Below, one piece after another: positions 13,745 to 28,074 of a stretch of DNA of 45,641 nt. The stretch lies in NCBI GenBank assembly GCA_046597055.1, contig JBKJLC010000089.1, positions 1 to 45,641 on the forward strand. Reading direction: 5' to 3'. The notes below the pieces were generated by a model. That model did no database searches, was not told where the DNA came from, and saw nothing but the letters and a program-made list of their open reading frames with translations. Position 1 is the stretch's first letter, and each line of letters opens with the position of its first letter. This DNA comes from Kofleriaceae bacterium. Lineage in GTDB: Bacteria; Myxococcota_A; Polyangia; Haliangiales; Haliangiaceae. A program made the translations under genes and the position numbers.

Positions 13745-14035
13745 CTACTCGCCAGGCGTCTTCATCGGAAACAGGGGCTCGCCATGGATCTCGAGCCGGT
13801 ACACGCTGTTCTCGGTCTCGACGTAGATCATCTTGCCGCCGGGCTCGCCAAGAACCCGCTTCACCGGCGTGGTGATCATGCGGTGGCCATGCGGATCACG
13901 GAAGATGACCATGCCGCGTCCGACGTACGGATAACTGATGAGATAACCCGTGTAGACACGGCCCAGCCCACCGCTGGTCGAAGCGGCGCGTTCGATGCTG
14001 TGGTCACGAATTTTTCGTGCAGTTACGCTGACCAT
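13745..14035 (-). CDS. Small hypothetical protein (96 aa)
   Basis: Real-looking C-terminal part of ORF 13745..14992 (MVSVTARKI..RMITTPVKRVL..YVETENSVYRLE); fills the gap between genes; start uncertain. Confidence 0.65.
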   Translation of the reverse strand: MVSVTARKIRDHSIERAASTSGGLGRVYTGYLISYPYVGRGMVIFRDPHGHRMITTPVKRVLGEPGGKMIYVETENSVYRLEIHGEPLFPMKTPGE

Positions 14036-14122
14036 GGAACCCGCCGTAACAACACAGAAAGCATACGCACAACGCAAAGTCCCGTCACGCGCTATTCCCG
14101 TTTGAGTACCGCCGAGACCCCC

Positions 14123-15064
14123 GTGACATCCCCGCCCGAACCCGAGACGCCCGTCGCGACCGCTCCCGAGTTGACCGGGATCGAGTCCATCTACGCAGAA
14201 GTGCGTCGGCTGGCCGGCGCGGCGGCGGCAGCCGGAGCGGCCCCGGTGGTATCCCAGGTTGCTGACGGGATCGTCTCGGTGGCGGTACGGACGCCGACCT
14301 TGCCGCCAGCGGCCCACACCAGCTGCTACCTCGTCGGCGAGGGCGACCTGCTCGCGATCGATCCGGGCTCGCCGTTCGAGGACGAGCAGGCCGCGCTGCT
14401 GGCCACGATCACCGCGCGCGGCCGCCTGGTCGCGATCGCGCTCACGCACCATCACGGCGATCACACCGGGGGCGCCCGCGCGCTGGCGGCCGCGACCGGC
14501 GCGCCGATCTGGGCCCACGCGGCGACCGCGGCCGAGCTGCGCGGGCGACTCCCGGTGGCGCGGCTGCTCGACGACGGCGAGGTGCTCGAGGTCGGCGGCC
14601 GACGGCTGCGGGCGGTGTTCACGCCGGGGCATGCGGTCGGCCATCTGTGCTTTCTCGACGAGGCGTCGCGCGCCGTGATCGCCGGCGACATGGTCGCCGG
14701 GGTGGGGACCATCCTGATCGATCCCGACGGCGGTCACATGGCCACCTACCTGGCCTCGCTCGAGCGCCTGCTGACGGTCGGCACCGGCGCGGTCCTGCCC
14801 GCCCATGGTCCGGCCATCCCCGACGGACCGGCCAAGCTGCGCGAGTATCTCGCCCACCGCCGCATGCGCGAGGCGCGGGTGCGCGCCGCGCTGGCCGACG
14901 CCCCCCGGCCGGCGCGCGAGCTCTGCGCGATCGCCTACGCCGACACCCCGACCTTGCTGTGGCCGCTGGCCGAGCGCTCGCTCCTCGCGCACCTGGCAAA
15001 GCTGGTCGAGGATGGTGATGCGGTCACCGTCGACGGTGGCTGGCGACGCACCCTGCGGCTATAG
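14123..15064 (+). CDS. MBL-fold metallo-hydrolase, LACTB2-like, with C-terminal winged helix
   Basis: RTPTLPPAAHTSCY, THHHGDHTGG, TPGHAVGH, AGDMV, PAHG, ERSLLAHLAKL; start uncertain. Confidence 0.88.
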   Translation: MTSPPEPETPVATAPELTGIESIYAEVRRLAGAAAAAGAAPVVSQVADGIVSVAVRTPTLPPAAHTSCYLVGEGDLLAIDPGSPFEDEQAALLATITARGRLVAIALTHHHGDHTGGARALAAATGAPIWAHAATAAELRGRLPVARLLDDGEVLEVGGRRLRAVFTPGHAVGHLCFLDEASRAVIAGDMVAGVGTILIDPDGGHMATYLASLERLLTVGTGAVLPAHGPAIPDGPAKLREYLAHRRMREARVRAALADAPRPARELCAIAYADTPTLLWPLAERSLLAHLAKLVEDGDAVTVDGGWRRTLRL

Positions 15065-15073
15065 TTCGCGGCT

Positions 15074-16659
<1,586 letters not shown>

Positions 16660-16663
<4 letters not shown>

Positions 16664-16905
16664 CCGTGGGGACCGCCCGCAAGGAACCGGCCGGCGTCTG
16701 TCCGAGTTGCACCAAGGCCTCGGCGCGCGGCGTCAGCGTGAACCCGACCGGCGCCGACGCGTTTCCGTTCTGCTCGTTCCGCTGCCAGCTCATCGACCTC
16801 GGCAAGTGGCTGGGCGAGGAGTACCGGATCGCCGACGCCGACGACCAGTCCGGCGGCGGCGGGTCGGACGGCATGCCCGGCAGCGACGACGAGCGCGACC
16901 GCTGA
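16660..16905 (+). CDS. yacG: DNA gyrase inhibitor YacG
   Basis: CPSC..FPFCSFRCQLIDLGKWLGEEYRI, acidic tail; AAGGAG RBS and ATGA overlap. Confidence 0.92.
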
Positions 16906-16915
16906 CCGCCGGCGA

Positions 16916-17427
16916 TCAGCCGGTGAACGCGGCGATCGACGCGCGCGACGCCAGCTCGAGCTTGTCACCGGCGAAGCCGTCGAACAGCGCGCGATGGGCG
17001 GCGCGCGAGCAGACGTCGTCGCGCGTCTCGTAGGCGCGGATCCACCCGATCAGCATCTCGAGGTTCGCGTCCTGGGCGTCCCGGCTCGGGTACTTGTGCG
17101 GCTCCCACGGCCGGGCCCGGGCGTTGGCGACGCAGGCCTCGATGCCCGGATCGAGGAGCAAGAGCCGCGTACAGTGCGGCAGCGGGACCGCGAGCAAGTC
17201 GGCGTAGCAGCCCTCGATGATCCAGCGGTCACGGTCGTCGAGGAACCCGCGGAGCTCGCCGGTGCTGTCGGCGACCGGCCGCCGTTGCGGCGGCGGCGTG
17301 GGCTCCCACGCCAGCGTATCGAGATCGAGCAGGGCCAGGCCGTGCGCGCGCGCGAGCCGGGTGGCCAGGGTCGACTTGCCGGACCCGGAGTTGCCGAGGA
17401 GGAGATAGCGCTGCATGGGTGCCTCGG

Positions 17428-17431
<4 letters not shown>
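16916..17431 (-). CDS. Adenylate-kinase-like P-loop protein (FlaR/topology-modulation type)
   Basis: GNSGSGKST, LDLDTLAW, WIIEGCY, RPWEPHKY; start GTG 17431 (overlapping kinase stop) or ATG 17416. Confidence 0.8.
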
Positions 17432-21207
<3,776 letters not shown>

Positions 21208-21225
21208 GCGGCGACCCGGCCGGAC

Positions 21226-22929
21226 CTACCGCGACGGGGTGTTGGTGGTCGTGGTCGTGGTCAGGTTCAGGTTCAGCGACGGCGTGATTGTCGTCAGGTT
21301 CAGCCCGCAGAACCCGACGGTCAGGGCGCCGCTCCGCCCCTCGCGGCCGCCAGTGCAGACCGCGTTGGCGGTGGCGACGCACGTCGAGCTCCACTGCCCG
21401 GTGCCGGCGACGCAGCAGCCGGGGCGATCGAGGCACACGCGGAGGGCGCACCCGGTGCTGTACTTGTCGAGCCCGGTACCGGCCGTGCACTCGCTGTGGG
21501 TCGTCATGGCGCGCGTGCAGCTCTGCGCCTCGGCGACGCAGCTCGCGTCCCAGCCGCGCGGGTCGGCCGGATCGGTGCAGTAGGCCGACACCGACCGCGT
21601 GCAGGCGGTGCACTCCCGATGGAGCCACTTGCCGACCGTCCGCTCCGAATGCGAACAGGCGGTGGTCGAGTCGATCTGGACCGTCGCCATCCCCCCCAGC
21701 CAGCCGCTCGCGCGCATCCAGGTCGATTGCACGTCGTCCGTGCTACTGCCCCGCTCGAAGCGAGCGGGACAGCCGACCTCGGGATCCTCGATGCTGCCGT
21801 AGTCCGCCGAGCCGGTCAGCTCCTGGTAGCGCAGGTGATCGATCTGAGTGGCACCGACCCGGTCGAACAGGGACTCCAGCCGCAGCGCGGTCGCCCGGGG
21901 GAACAGCTTCGCTGCGCGCGGGATCAACCCGGGTTCGGATCGGGTCGCGTCGTAGTCCCAGATGTCGACCAGGGTCCCATCGCGGGTGAACGAGTGACCG
22001 TTGGAGCAGTAGTCGGCGGTGGCGGCCCGCACGCACGCCTGGTGGAAGTCGCGGAGCCCATAGCTCGTGGTGTCCGGTACGCATGACAGGCTGGTGCCGC
22101 AGTTCTTGCGCGAGCTCCCGAACGGCCGGTAGCCCCACTGCGTACACTTCGCGATCGTGCCGTTGGTGCACGCGAACGTGAAGCTGGTCCCGCCGCTGGT
22201 GTGCTGCCCGGTCGCGTCGTAGGTGCCGGCGACCGCGATCGCGCGCTCGCCGTTCGGACAGAAGCTCAGCGGCTGGCCGTCGGCCTGCACCGCATCGGTG
22301 AGCTGGAGCTCGTACAGCCACAGGTCGCAGTTCTTCCGGCACCCGGCCGGATTGTCGCACGCGACGACCCCGCACGACTGGCTCGACAGGTGGCGGTCGA
22401 GCGGGAACATCGCCATCGACGTCGGGTCGGTGGTCACCGCGCCGATGTCGGCGCGGCTGCTGCCGATCCGGATCGAGCCGGTGATGACGGTGCCTGCCGG
22501 CGTCGTGAACGTCGCCGGGAACAGCGTGCCCGCCAGCGGGCTCGGGGTGGTCGCCAGGTTGTAGTCCGTGCAGCTCGACCGCACCGTCTTCGTGCGGTTC
22601 CAGTAACAGATCTTGCCGGGGAAGCGCTGCTCGTACCCGAACGGCTCGCGGGTCTGCTTCTTCCAGACCACCAGCGCGGTGCCGGCGACCGACACGCCAG
22701 TCAGGCTGCTGCCACCATACGTCGCGCCCTGGTAGTGGGTGCCCTGGTAGTGGGTGCCCTGGTAGTGGGTGCCCTGGTAGTGGGTGCCCTGGTAGTGGGT
22801 GCCCTGGTAGTGCGTGCCCTGGCCCGATGGCGACGTCACCGCCGCCTCCACCTCACCGAGCTCGGGCTCGCTGTCGACGCAGCCCATCGCCATCGCTGTC
22901 GCGACTGCCAGCAAGCGCACGTACATCAT
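21226..22929 (-). CDS. ADYC-domain lipoprotein with pentapeptide repeat and Cys-rich C-terminus
   Basis: AMGC lipobox; (QGTHY)6; FTFAC..AKC..WGYRP; HQACVRAATADYCSNGHSFTRDGTLVDIWD; two Cys-rich repeats (..WDASCV../..WSSTCV..). Confidence 0.88.
   Translation of the reverse strand: MMYVRLLAVATAMAMGCVDSEPELGEVEAAVTSPSGQGTHYQGTHYQGTHYQGTHYQGTHYQGTHYQGATYGGSSLTGVSVAGTALVVWKKQTREPFGYEQRFPGKICYWNRTKTVRSSCTDYNLATTPSPLAGTLFPATFTTPAGTVITGSIRIGSSRADIGAVTTDPTSMAMFPLDRHLSSQSCGVVACDNPAGCRKNCDLWLYELQLTDAVQADGQPLSFCPNGERAIAVAGTYDATGQHTSGGTSFTFACTNGTIAKCTQWGYRPFGSSRKNCGTSLSCVPDTTSYGLRDFHQACVRAATADYCSNGHSFTRDGTLVDIWDYDATRSEPGLIPRAAKLFPRATALRLESLFDRVGATQIDHLRYQELTGSADYGSIEDPEVGCPARFERGSSTDDVQSTWMRASGWLGGMATVQIDSTTACSHSERTVGKWLHRECTACTRSVSAYCTDPADPRGWDASCVAEAQSCTRAMTTHSECTAGTGLDKYSTGCALRVCLDRPGCCVAGTGQWSSTCVATANAVCTGGREGRSGALTVGFCGLNLTTITPSLNLNLTTTTTTNTPSR
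22726..22822. repeat. 15-bp coding tandem repeat, six full units plus a partial
   Basis: GCCCTGGTAGTGGGT x5 perfect (22726-22800), sixth unit has one substitution, then GCCCTGG; encodes QGTHY on the minus strand. Confidence 0.97.
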
Positions 22930-23018
22930 TGAACCGCACATATCACGTGGCGCTCGGGACCCAAAGCTCGACCTGTGGCGGTGCCACATCCTGCCCGGAG
23001 CAGGCCGGAATCTGACGA

Positions 23019-23642
23019 TCAGTACGTGCTCTCGACCATGCGCGCGCCCTCGGGAGCGAGCGTGATCGTGTAGATGCGATTGAACTCGGTCTCGCTGATC
23101 GGCGAAACCGTCGTGCCGCCGAGCGCGAGGACCGTGTCCGGCACGGTGTTCGAGTGGCCGACGATCAAGACGTTGCCGGTCCCGGCGTGGCTTCGGGCCG
23201 CGGTCGCGAGCTGGGTGCCGTAGGTCGCCGCGTTGGCGTTGTTGACCGTGACCACCTGGACCGTCCGCCCGGCCGCGGTGGCGGTGGGGACCCCGGTATC
23301 GTGGGTCCGCGTGTACTGGCTGCTGTAGATCGCGACCACGTCGGCGTCGGCGAGGCGTAGCGCGAGCGCGTTGGCCCGGGCCATTCCGGCGGCGCTGAGC
23401 CCCGGGTTGGTGCCGACCCCGGTGGTCTCGGCGTGCCGGACCACGTACACGATCGTCGGCGGCCCGGCCGGTCCGTCGACCGTGCCGACCGGCGCGTCGA
23501 TCGCCACGGCGGCGGCGTCGGTCGAGCCGACCGCGTCGACGTCGGCAGCGTCTGCCCCGGTCACCGGGCCATCCGGTGCGCCGGCGTCGTCCCCGCACGC
23601 GGCGACGACGATCAGGCAGATCCAGCGCTTGCTCCAGGACAT
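23019..23642 (-). CDS. Histidine phosphatase (SixA/PGM superfamily) lipoprotein
   Basis: VAAC lipobox, Asp/Ala linker, YVVRHAE, SSQYTRT, LIVGHSNT; ATG 23642 chosen from upstream TAGGGT. Confidence 0.87.
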   Translation of the reverse strand: MSWSKRWICLIVVAACGDDAGAPDGPVTGADAADVDAVGSTDAAAVAIDAPVGTVDGPAGPPTIVYVVRHAETTGVGTNPGLSAAGMARANALALRLADADVVAIYSSQYTRTHDTGVPTATAAGRTVQVVTVNNANAATYGTQLATAARSHAGTGNVLIVGHSNTVPDTVLALGGTTVSPISETEFNRIYTITLAPEGARMVESTY

Positions 23643-23908
23643 GCGGCGCACCCTATACGACCTGCGCCCGGGCCGGAAGCGGGTTGAGCGCGGACCGGAT
23701 GGTCGGGTCAGCTCACGAGTCGTAGCCGTGACCGCCCTCGAGGACGATCGCGCGGAGGGCCGCCGGCCACCACAGGATCAGCAATTCCGAAAGACGTACC
23801 GGAATCCAGCCGGTCGCCCGTGGGCCGGTCAGAACGTCAGCCGGAACCGGGCGCCGCCGCCCGGGCGCGACGAGGCCGCGCGCGGCGCACCGAGTAACCG
23901 GCGCCGGG

Positions 23909-25105
23909 TCAGGCGGTCAGCGCCGCCAGCCGGGCGCGCGCGGTGGTCGCGGCGAACCCGCGGGCCGCGGCGGTCATGGCCCGGCTCGGCACGCCGCGAC
24001 GGACCAGCGCCGGGTCGAGGTCGGCGCCCTCGGTCGCGGACGCGACCTGCGGGAGGCCGGCCAGCGCCGCCGCGGTGGTGGCGGGCGCGACCGCGAACGT
24101 CCACTCGAGCACGGACCACGACAGCGCGGCATGGCCGGCCTCGTCGCCGGCGATCGCGGCCAGGATGGCGCGGATGGGCCCGTCGGCCTCGGCGGAGGCG
24201 AGGCGCGCCTCCTCGGCGGCCGCGGTCTCGTTGAGGCAGCCCTCGCGCCAGGCCTCGGTCGCCAGGATCGCGAGCGCGTGCGGCGAGCGCGCCGTGAAGC
24301 GCGGCTGCGCGAGCCACGCTGGCAGCGTCCACAGCGCGACGCCGCCGGCGGCTGCCGCGCACTGCTCGGCATGGCGGAGCTCGTCGTCCGCGGCGTCGAG
24401 CGCGCGCGCGATCAGCGCGGCGGGTGCACCGACCGCGGCCAGCTCGGCGGCCAGGCGCAGGAAGCTCGTCACCGAAGACAGCTCGAGCTGGGCCGACGAC
24501 GCGAAGTGATCGCGGGCGGCGCGGGCCTCGGCCGAGCGCGCCGGCGGCAGCGTCGCCAGGGCCGGGCGCACCAGCTGGCCGGCGCGCACCAGCGGCCGGC
24601 CCTCGACGACCATCTCCTCGGCCACCGCCCACGGCGCGAGCCCGCCGAGCAGGGAGTACCGCGCTGGCTGCGGCGGATCGCCCAGCACGAAGCGGGTCTG
24701 CAGCGCGAGATATCCGGCGGGCTCGCCGAGGGTCGCGCCGAGGTGCAGCCCGAGGCGGCCGTGGGTATCGAGCCCGGCGCCGGCCTCCACGCCGAGCTGC
24801 TCGACGAGCGACTCGGTCGCGGCGCGCTCGAACGGGCGGGCGTGGAGGCCGCCGATCAGGCGCGGCGCGCCGCCGCCGAGCTCGATCCGGAGCAACCCGT
24901 CGGTCCGGCTGGTCAGGCACTGGCGGGCCTCGATGCCGCCGATCAGGCGAAGGCGGGGCGCCACGTCGATGCCGAGGACCAGCGCGATCGTGCGGGACTC
25001 GACGGTGTCGCACGGGTCGGCGGACGCCGCGGTCGAGGCGAGGCCGAGCAGGGTGGTGCCAAGGAGGCCGTGGCGGGCGAGGTTGCTCCAGCGGAGACGA
25101 GGCAT
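23909..25105 (-). CDS. Exported protein with myxobacterial-type ferritin-like domain
   Basis: Signal peptide from ATG 25105; EGRP, ELSSVTSFLRLAAEL..GAP, DELRHA, EGCLNET, DEAGHA di-metal ExxH motifs. Confidence 0.82.
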   Translation of the reverse strand: MPRLRWSNLARHGLLGTTLLGLASTAASADPCDTVESRTIALVLGIDVAPRLRLIGGIEARQCLTSRTDGLLRIELGGGAPRLIGGLHARPFERAATESLVEQLGVEAGAGLDTHGRLGLHLGATLGEPAGYLALQTRFVLGDPPQPARYSLLGGLAPWAVAEEMVVEGRPLVRAGQLVRPALATLPPARSAEARAARDHFASSAQLELSSVTSFLRLAAELAAVGAPAALIARALDAADDELRHAEQCAAAAGGVALWTLPAWLAQPRFTARSPHALAILATEAWREGCLNETAAAEEARLASAEADGPIRAILAAIAGDEAGHAALSWSVLEWTFAVAPATTAAALAGLPQVASATEGADLDPALVRRGVPSRAMTAAARGFAATTARARLAALTA

Positions 25106-25398
25106 CCTCTGCACGTTAGCAACCCGGAGACCAGCTCCGGAGATACGCAACATGACTGGCGCGCGCGGGCTGGCCGGGACTGACCACGACGGCGATGTCA
25201 CGGTGTTTCCGCGCCACGGCAGCCATGGCCCGACAGGAATCTGAGTGCGGCGCCCGGGCCGCGCCCCCACCGGCAGGCGGGGCAACGGGAAGGTCGGCGG
25301 GCCGAGGTCCGTACAACAGGTATCCTGGGTCGCGGGCGGGTCGGGCGCGCGATCGCGGCCGGTACGATGCTAGGTTGGCGCAAGCGGGGAGGTGACCG

Positions 25399-27348
25399 AT
25401 GTCGTGGGACAAGCGAGCCGGAGCGGGTGGGTCGGGCGCGGCTTCGTCGACGGGTGAGGGGACGGCGGCCGGCAAGCGGACGCTGACCTCCCGACTGCCC
25501 GGGCGCGCGGTGCAGTCGAAGGCCGCGGCGGCCCCGGCGACCTCGCCGGACGCGATCGCGTCGGCCGCGGGTGCCGGCATCGCGGGCAGTGGCGGGCCGG
25601 TGCCCCACCGCGCACGGATGGAAGAGGCGTTCGGCGTGCCGCTCGATGGCGTGCGCGCCCACACCGACGCGGCCGCCGCGCAGGCGTGCGACGCGATGGG
25701 CGCGAACGCGTTCGCGGTCGGTCACGATGTCGCTTTTGGCACCGCGACGCCCGATGTGGGGCTGGTCGCGCACGAGCTCACCCACGTCGTCCAGCAGAGC
25801 GGTCGGGTCCAGCCCAAGCTGGCGGTCGGCACGCCGGGCGATGGCTACGAGCAGGAGGCCGATGCGGTCGCCGAGCGGGTGAGCGGCGGGGACACGGTGC
25901 ACGACGTCACCGCGGCCCACCTCGGGGACGGCGAGCTCGCCGGCGGCGGCGGTGCCGGGACCGTGCAGCGGGATCTCATGAGCGACGTCGCGCTGGGCGC
26001 GCGCAACCTCTATCACGACGTCGCCGAGGGGATCGGGCTCGAGACTCACGACGAGGCCGAGGCCGCGCGCCTGCAGGCGTTCATCGGGCACGGCATGTTC
26101 GGGCCGCAGGACCTGGTGCCGCCGACCAACATCGGCGGCTTCGCCGTGTCGTACGATCCGGCTGCCCAGGTGCTGACGATCCAGGTGCGCACCGGCATCA
26201 ACTTCATCAACGGGCTCACGCTGGTCGCCGGGACCGGGGTGATCACATCCAATCACACCGACCTGGCCCAGGCCGCCATCGACGGCAACGCCGCGCCGGC
26301 CGCGGGCCGCCCCGCGTTCGTCGCCGACTTCACGTGGACGCCGGCCCAGGAGGACGCGTTCATCGCCGCCCTGCAGGCGCGGGTCGAGGGCGCCTGGAGC
26401 AGCGGCACCACCGGGCTGACGTTCGGCTGCACCCGTCCCGGCTGGGAGACCCTCACCGCCAGTGTCAACGTCGATGTCGACGTCCATCGCGGCGCCGCGA
26501 CCGGCACCGATCACCTGGAGTCCACGGTCTACAAGGTGCCCGACAGCGGCCAGTACACGATCACGTCGGCGGTCGATGGCAATCGCAACGACCCCAACTC
26601 GGCCTTCGACAGCGACCCCCACAACAACGGCGTCGAGATGTCGAGCACCGACGTCCTGCCGACGCCGCTCGCCAACAGCCTCCTGCGCAAGTCGGTCACG
26701 TTCGGCCACGACTCCGCCGTGCTCGACGCCGCCGGCCAGGCGACCGTCAACGCGTTCAACGCCGACTTCCTGGATGCCAACCTCGACCTGACCAACCCGG
26801 TCACGCTCGAGGGGCACGCGTCGTCGTCGGGTGCCGATGCGTACAACCGCGACCTCGCCCAGCGGCGCATCGCTGCGGTCAAGGACCAGCTGCGCACCGC
26901 TGGCTTCACCGGGCTCAACGATCGCGTCACGGTCGACAACCAGGGCGAGGACGGGGCCGTCGAGGCCCCCGAGTGGCGCCGGGTCGACCTGATCTGCGGC
27001 AGCGGCGAAGGCCAGGCGGTGGCGTCGCACGAGTTCGGCCACGTGTTCGGCCTGCTCGACGAGTACGCCATCAATCCGGGCGGTACCATCCAGGGCACCG
27101 GCAACCCGACCGGGACGGTGGTCGGCCACGACGCCATGGCTCGCGCCATCGGCACCGGGGGCGCGGTCGCCGAGAACAACGACGGCATCATGTCGCTCGG
27201 CAACGCGGTCCGGCCGCAGCACTACGCGACGTTCGGCTGGGGCCTGATGCAGGTCACCGGCGTCAACGAGTGGAAGGTCGGCGCGGCGGCTCCCGGGGCG
27301 GCGGCCGCGGCACCGGCGCCCGCCGCAGCGCCCGGCACCGGCACCTGA
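25399..27348 (+). CDS. DUF4157 (eCIS core) + OmpA-like + zinc metallopeptidase fusion
   Basis: GGAGG RBS; MEEAFG..VRAHTD..ANAFAVG..AHELTHVVQQ; YEQEADAVA; OmpA-like (TFGHDS..LEGHAS..YNRDLAQRR..WRRVDL); HEFGHVFGLLDEY..GIMS. Confidence 0.88.
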   Translation: MSWDKRAGAGGSGAASSTGEGTAAGKRTLTSRLPGRAVQSKAAAAPATSPDAIASAAGAGIAGSGGPVPHRARMEEAFGVPLDGVRAHTDAAAAQACDAMGANAFAVGHDVAFGTATPDVGLVAHELTHVVQQSGRVQPKLAVGTPGDGYEQEADAVAERVSGGDTVHDVTAAHLGDGELAGGGGAGTVQRDLMSDVALGARNLYHDVAEGIGLETHDEAEAARLQAFIGHGMFGPQDLVPPTNIGGFAVSYDPAAQVLTIQVRTGINFINGLTLVAGTGVITSNHTDLAQAAIDGNAAPAAGRPAFVADFTWTPAQEDAFIAALQARVEGAWSSGTTGLTFGCTRPGWETLTASVNVDVDVHRGAATGTDHLESTVYKVPDSGQYTITSAVDGNRNDPNSAFDSDPHNNGVEMSSTDVLPTPLANSLLRKSVTFGHDSAVLDAAGQATVNAFNADFLDANLDLTNPVTLEGHASSSGADAYNRDLAQRRIAAVKDQLRTAGFTGLNDRVTVDNQGEDGAVEAPEWRRVDLICGSGEGQAVASHEFGHVFGLLDEYAINPGGTIQGTGNPTGTVVGHDAMARAIGTGGAVAENNDGIMSLGNAVRPQHYATFGWGLMQVTGVNEWKVGAAAPGAAAAAPAPAAAPGTGT

Positions 27349-27362
27349 CCAGGATCTTGCAC

Positions 27363-28010
27363 ATGACTCGTCTCATCGTCTTCGTCGGGCTGCTCGCGGT
27401 CGTCGGCTGCAAGGGCACCGGCGGCCCGGCCGAGACCGGATCCAGCGGCGGCGCATCGTCGACGGGGTCGACCCGGCCCGATGCCGTTCAACCCGAGGAA
27501 CCTGCCATGCCACCCGTATCGTCGTCTGGTTCGTCTGCCCCCTCGACCGCCGCCATCACCGCCACTGACGGGCTGCCGGCCGATCTCGCCGCGACCCGCC
27601 CGCTGTGGGAGTCGGCGCGAGCCCCGACCCAGCGGCAGAAGGCGCGCGTGACCCGGCTCTACCCCGACGGCCGCCTGTACACGTACAGCGATACCCGACG
27701 CGGCCTCGCCGACGGCAAGCCGACGCGGGAGCCGGCGCCGGCGGCGTGGCGCCTCGACGCCCAGATCGCCGGTGCGACCGTGACCCGGATCGAGGGCATC
27801 GTGCGCGACCGCTTCCTCGCCACGCCGGCGGCGGCCACCACGGTGGGTCCCGACGGCGCGGTGGTCACCTGGCGCGCGGCGCTCGACGGCAAGGAGCACG
27901 TCGTGACCACCCCCGCCGGCGCGACCTCGTCTCTCCCGGCACCGATCGCCGAGATCGAACAGGCGCTCCAGGCCGGCGTCGTCCCCGGCGCCGTGCCGGT
28001 CGAGCAGTAG
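27363..28010 (+). CDS. Hypothetical lipoprotein downstream of the DUF4157 gene
   Basis: MTRLIVFVGLLAVVGC lipobox, Ser/Gly linker, globular C-terminal part; 14 bp after upstream stop. Confidence 0.75.
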   Translation: MTRLIVFVGLLAVVGCKGTGGPAETGSSGGASSTGSTRPDAVQPEEPAMPPVSSSGSSAPSTAAITATDGLPADLAATRPLWESARAPTQRQKARVTRLYPDGRLYTYSDTRRGLADGKPTREPAPAAWRLDAQIAGATVTRIEGIVRDRFLATPAAATTVGPDGAVVTWRAALDGKEHVVTTPAGATSSLPAPIAEIEQALQAGVVPGAVPVEQ

Positions 28011-28074
28011 CCGGGCGCGCCGGGGCATGGTCGGTGACACCGGCCGGTCACGGTCACGCCGTGGCCTGGCGCGG

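Noticed and set aside
22726..22822. Regular repeat as a possible CRISPR array
   Set aside because: 15-bp units are contiguous with no spacers, lie in frame inside a CDS, and no cas genes are present
23784..23806. ATTCCG..CGGAAT inverted repeat in an intergenic gap
   Set aside because: Only a 6-bp stem with no U-tract or second copy; not distinguishable from chance
25399..28010. Complete eCIS or T6SS locus
   Set aside because: No sheath, tube, baseplate, VgrG or PAAR genes in the window; only a putative cargo gene
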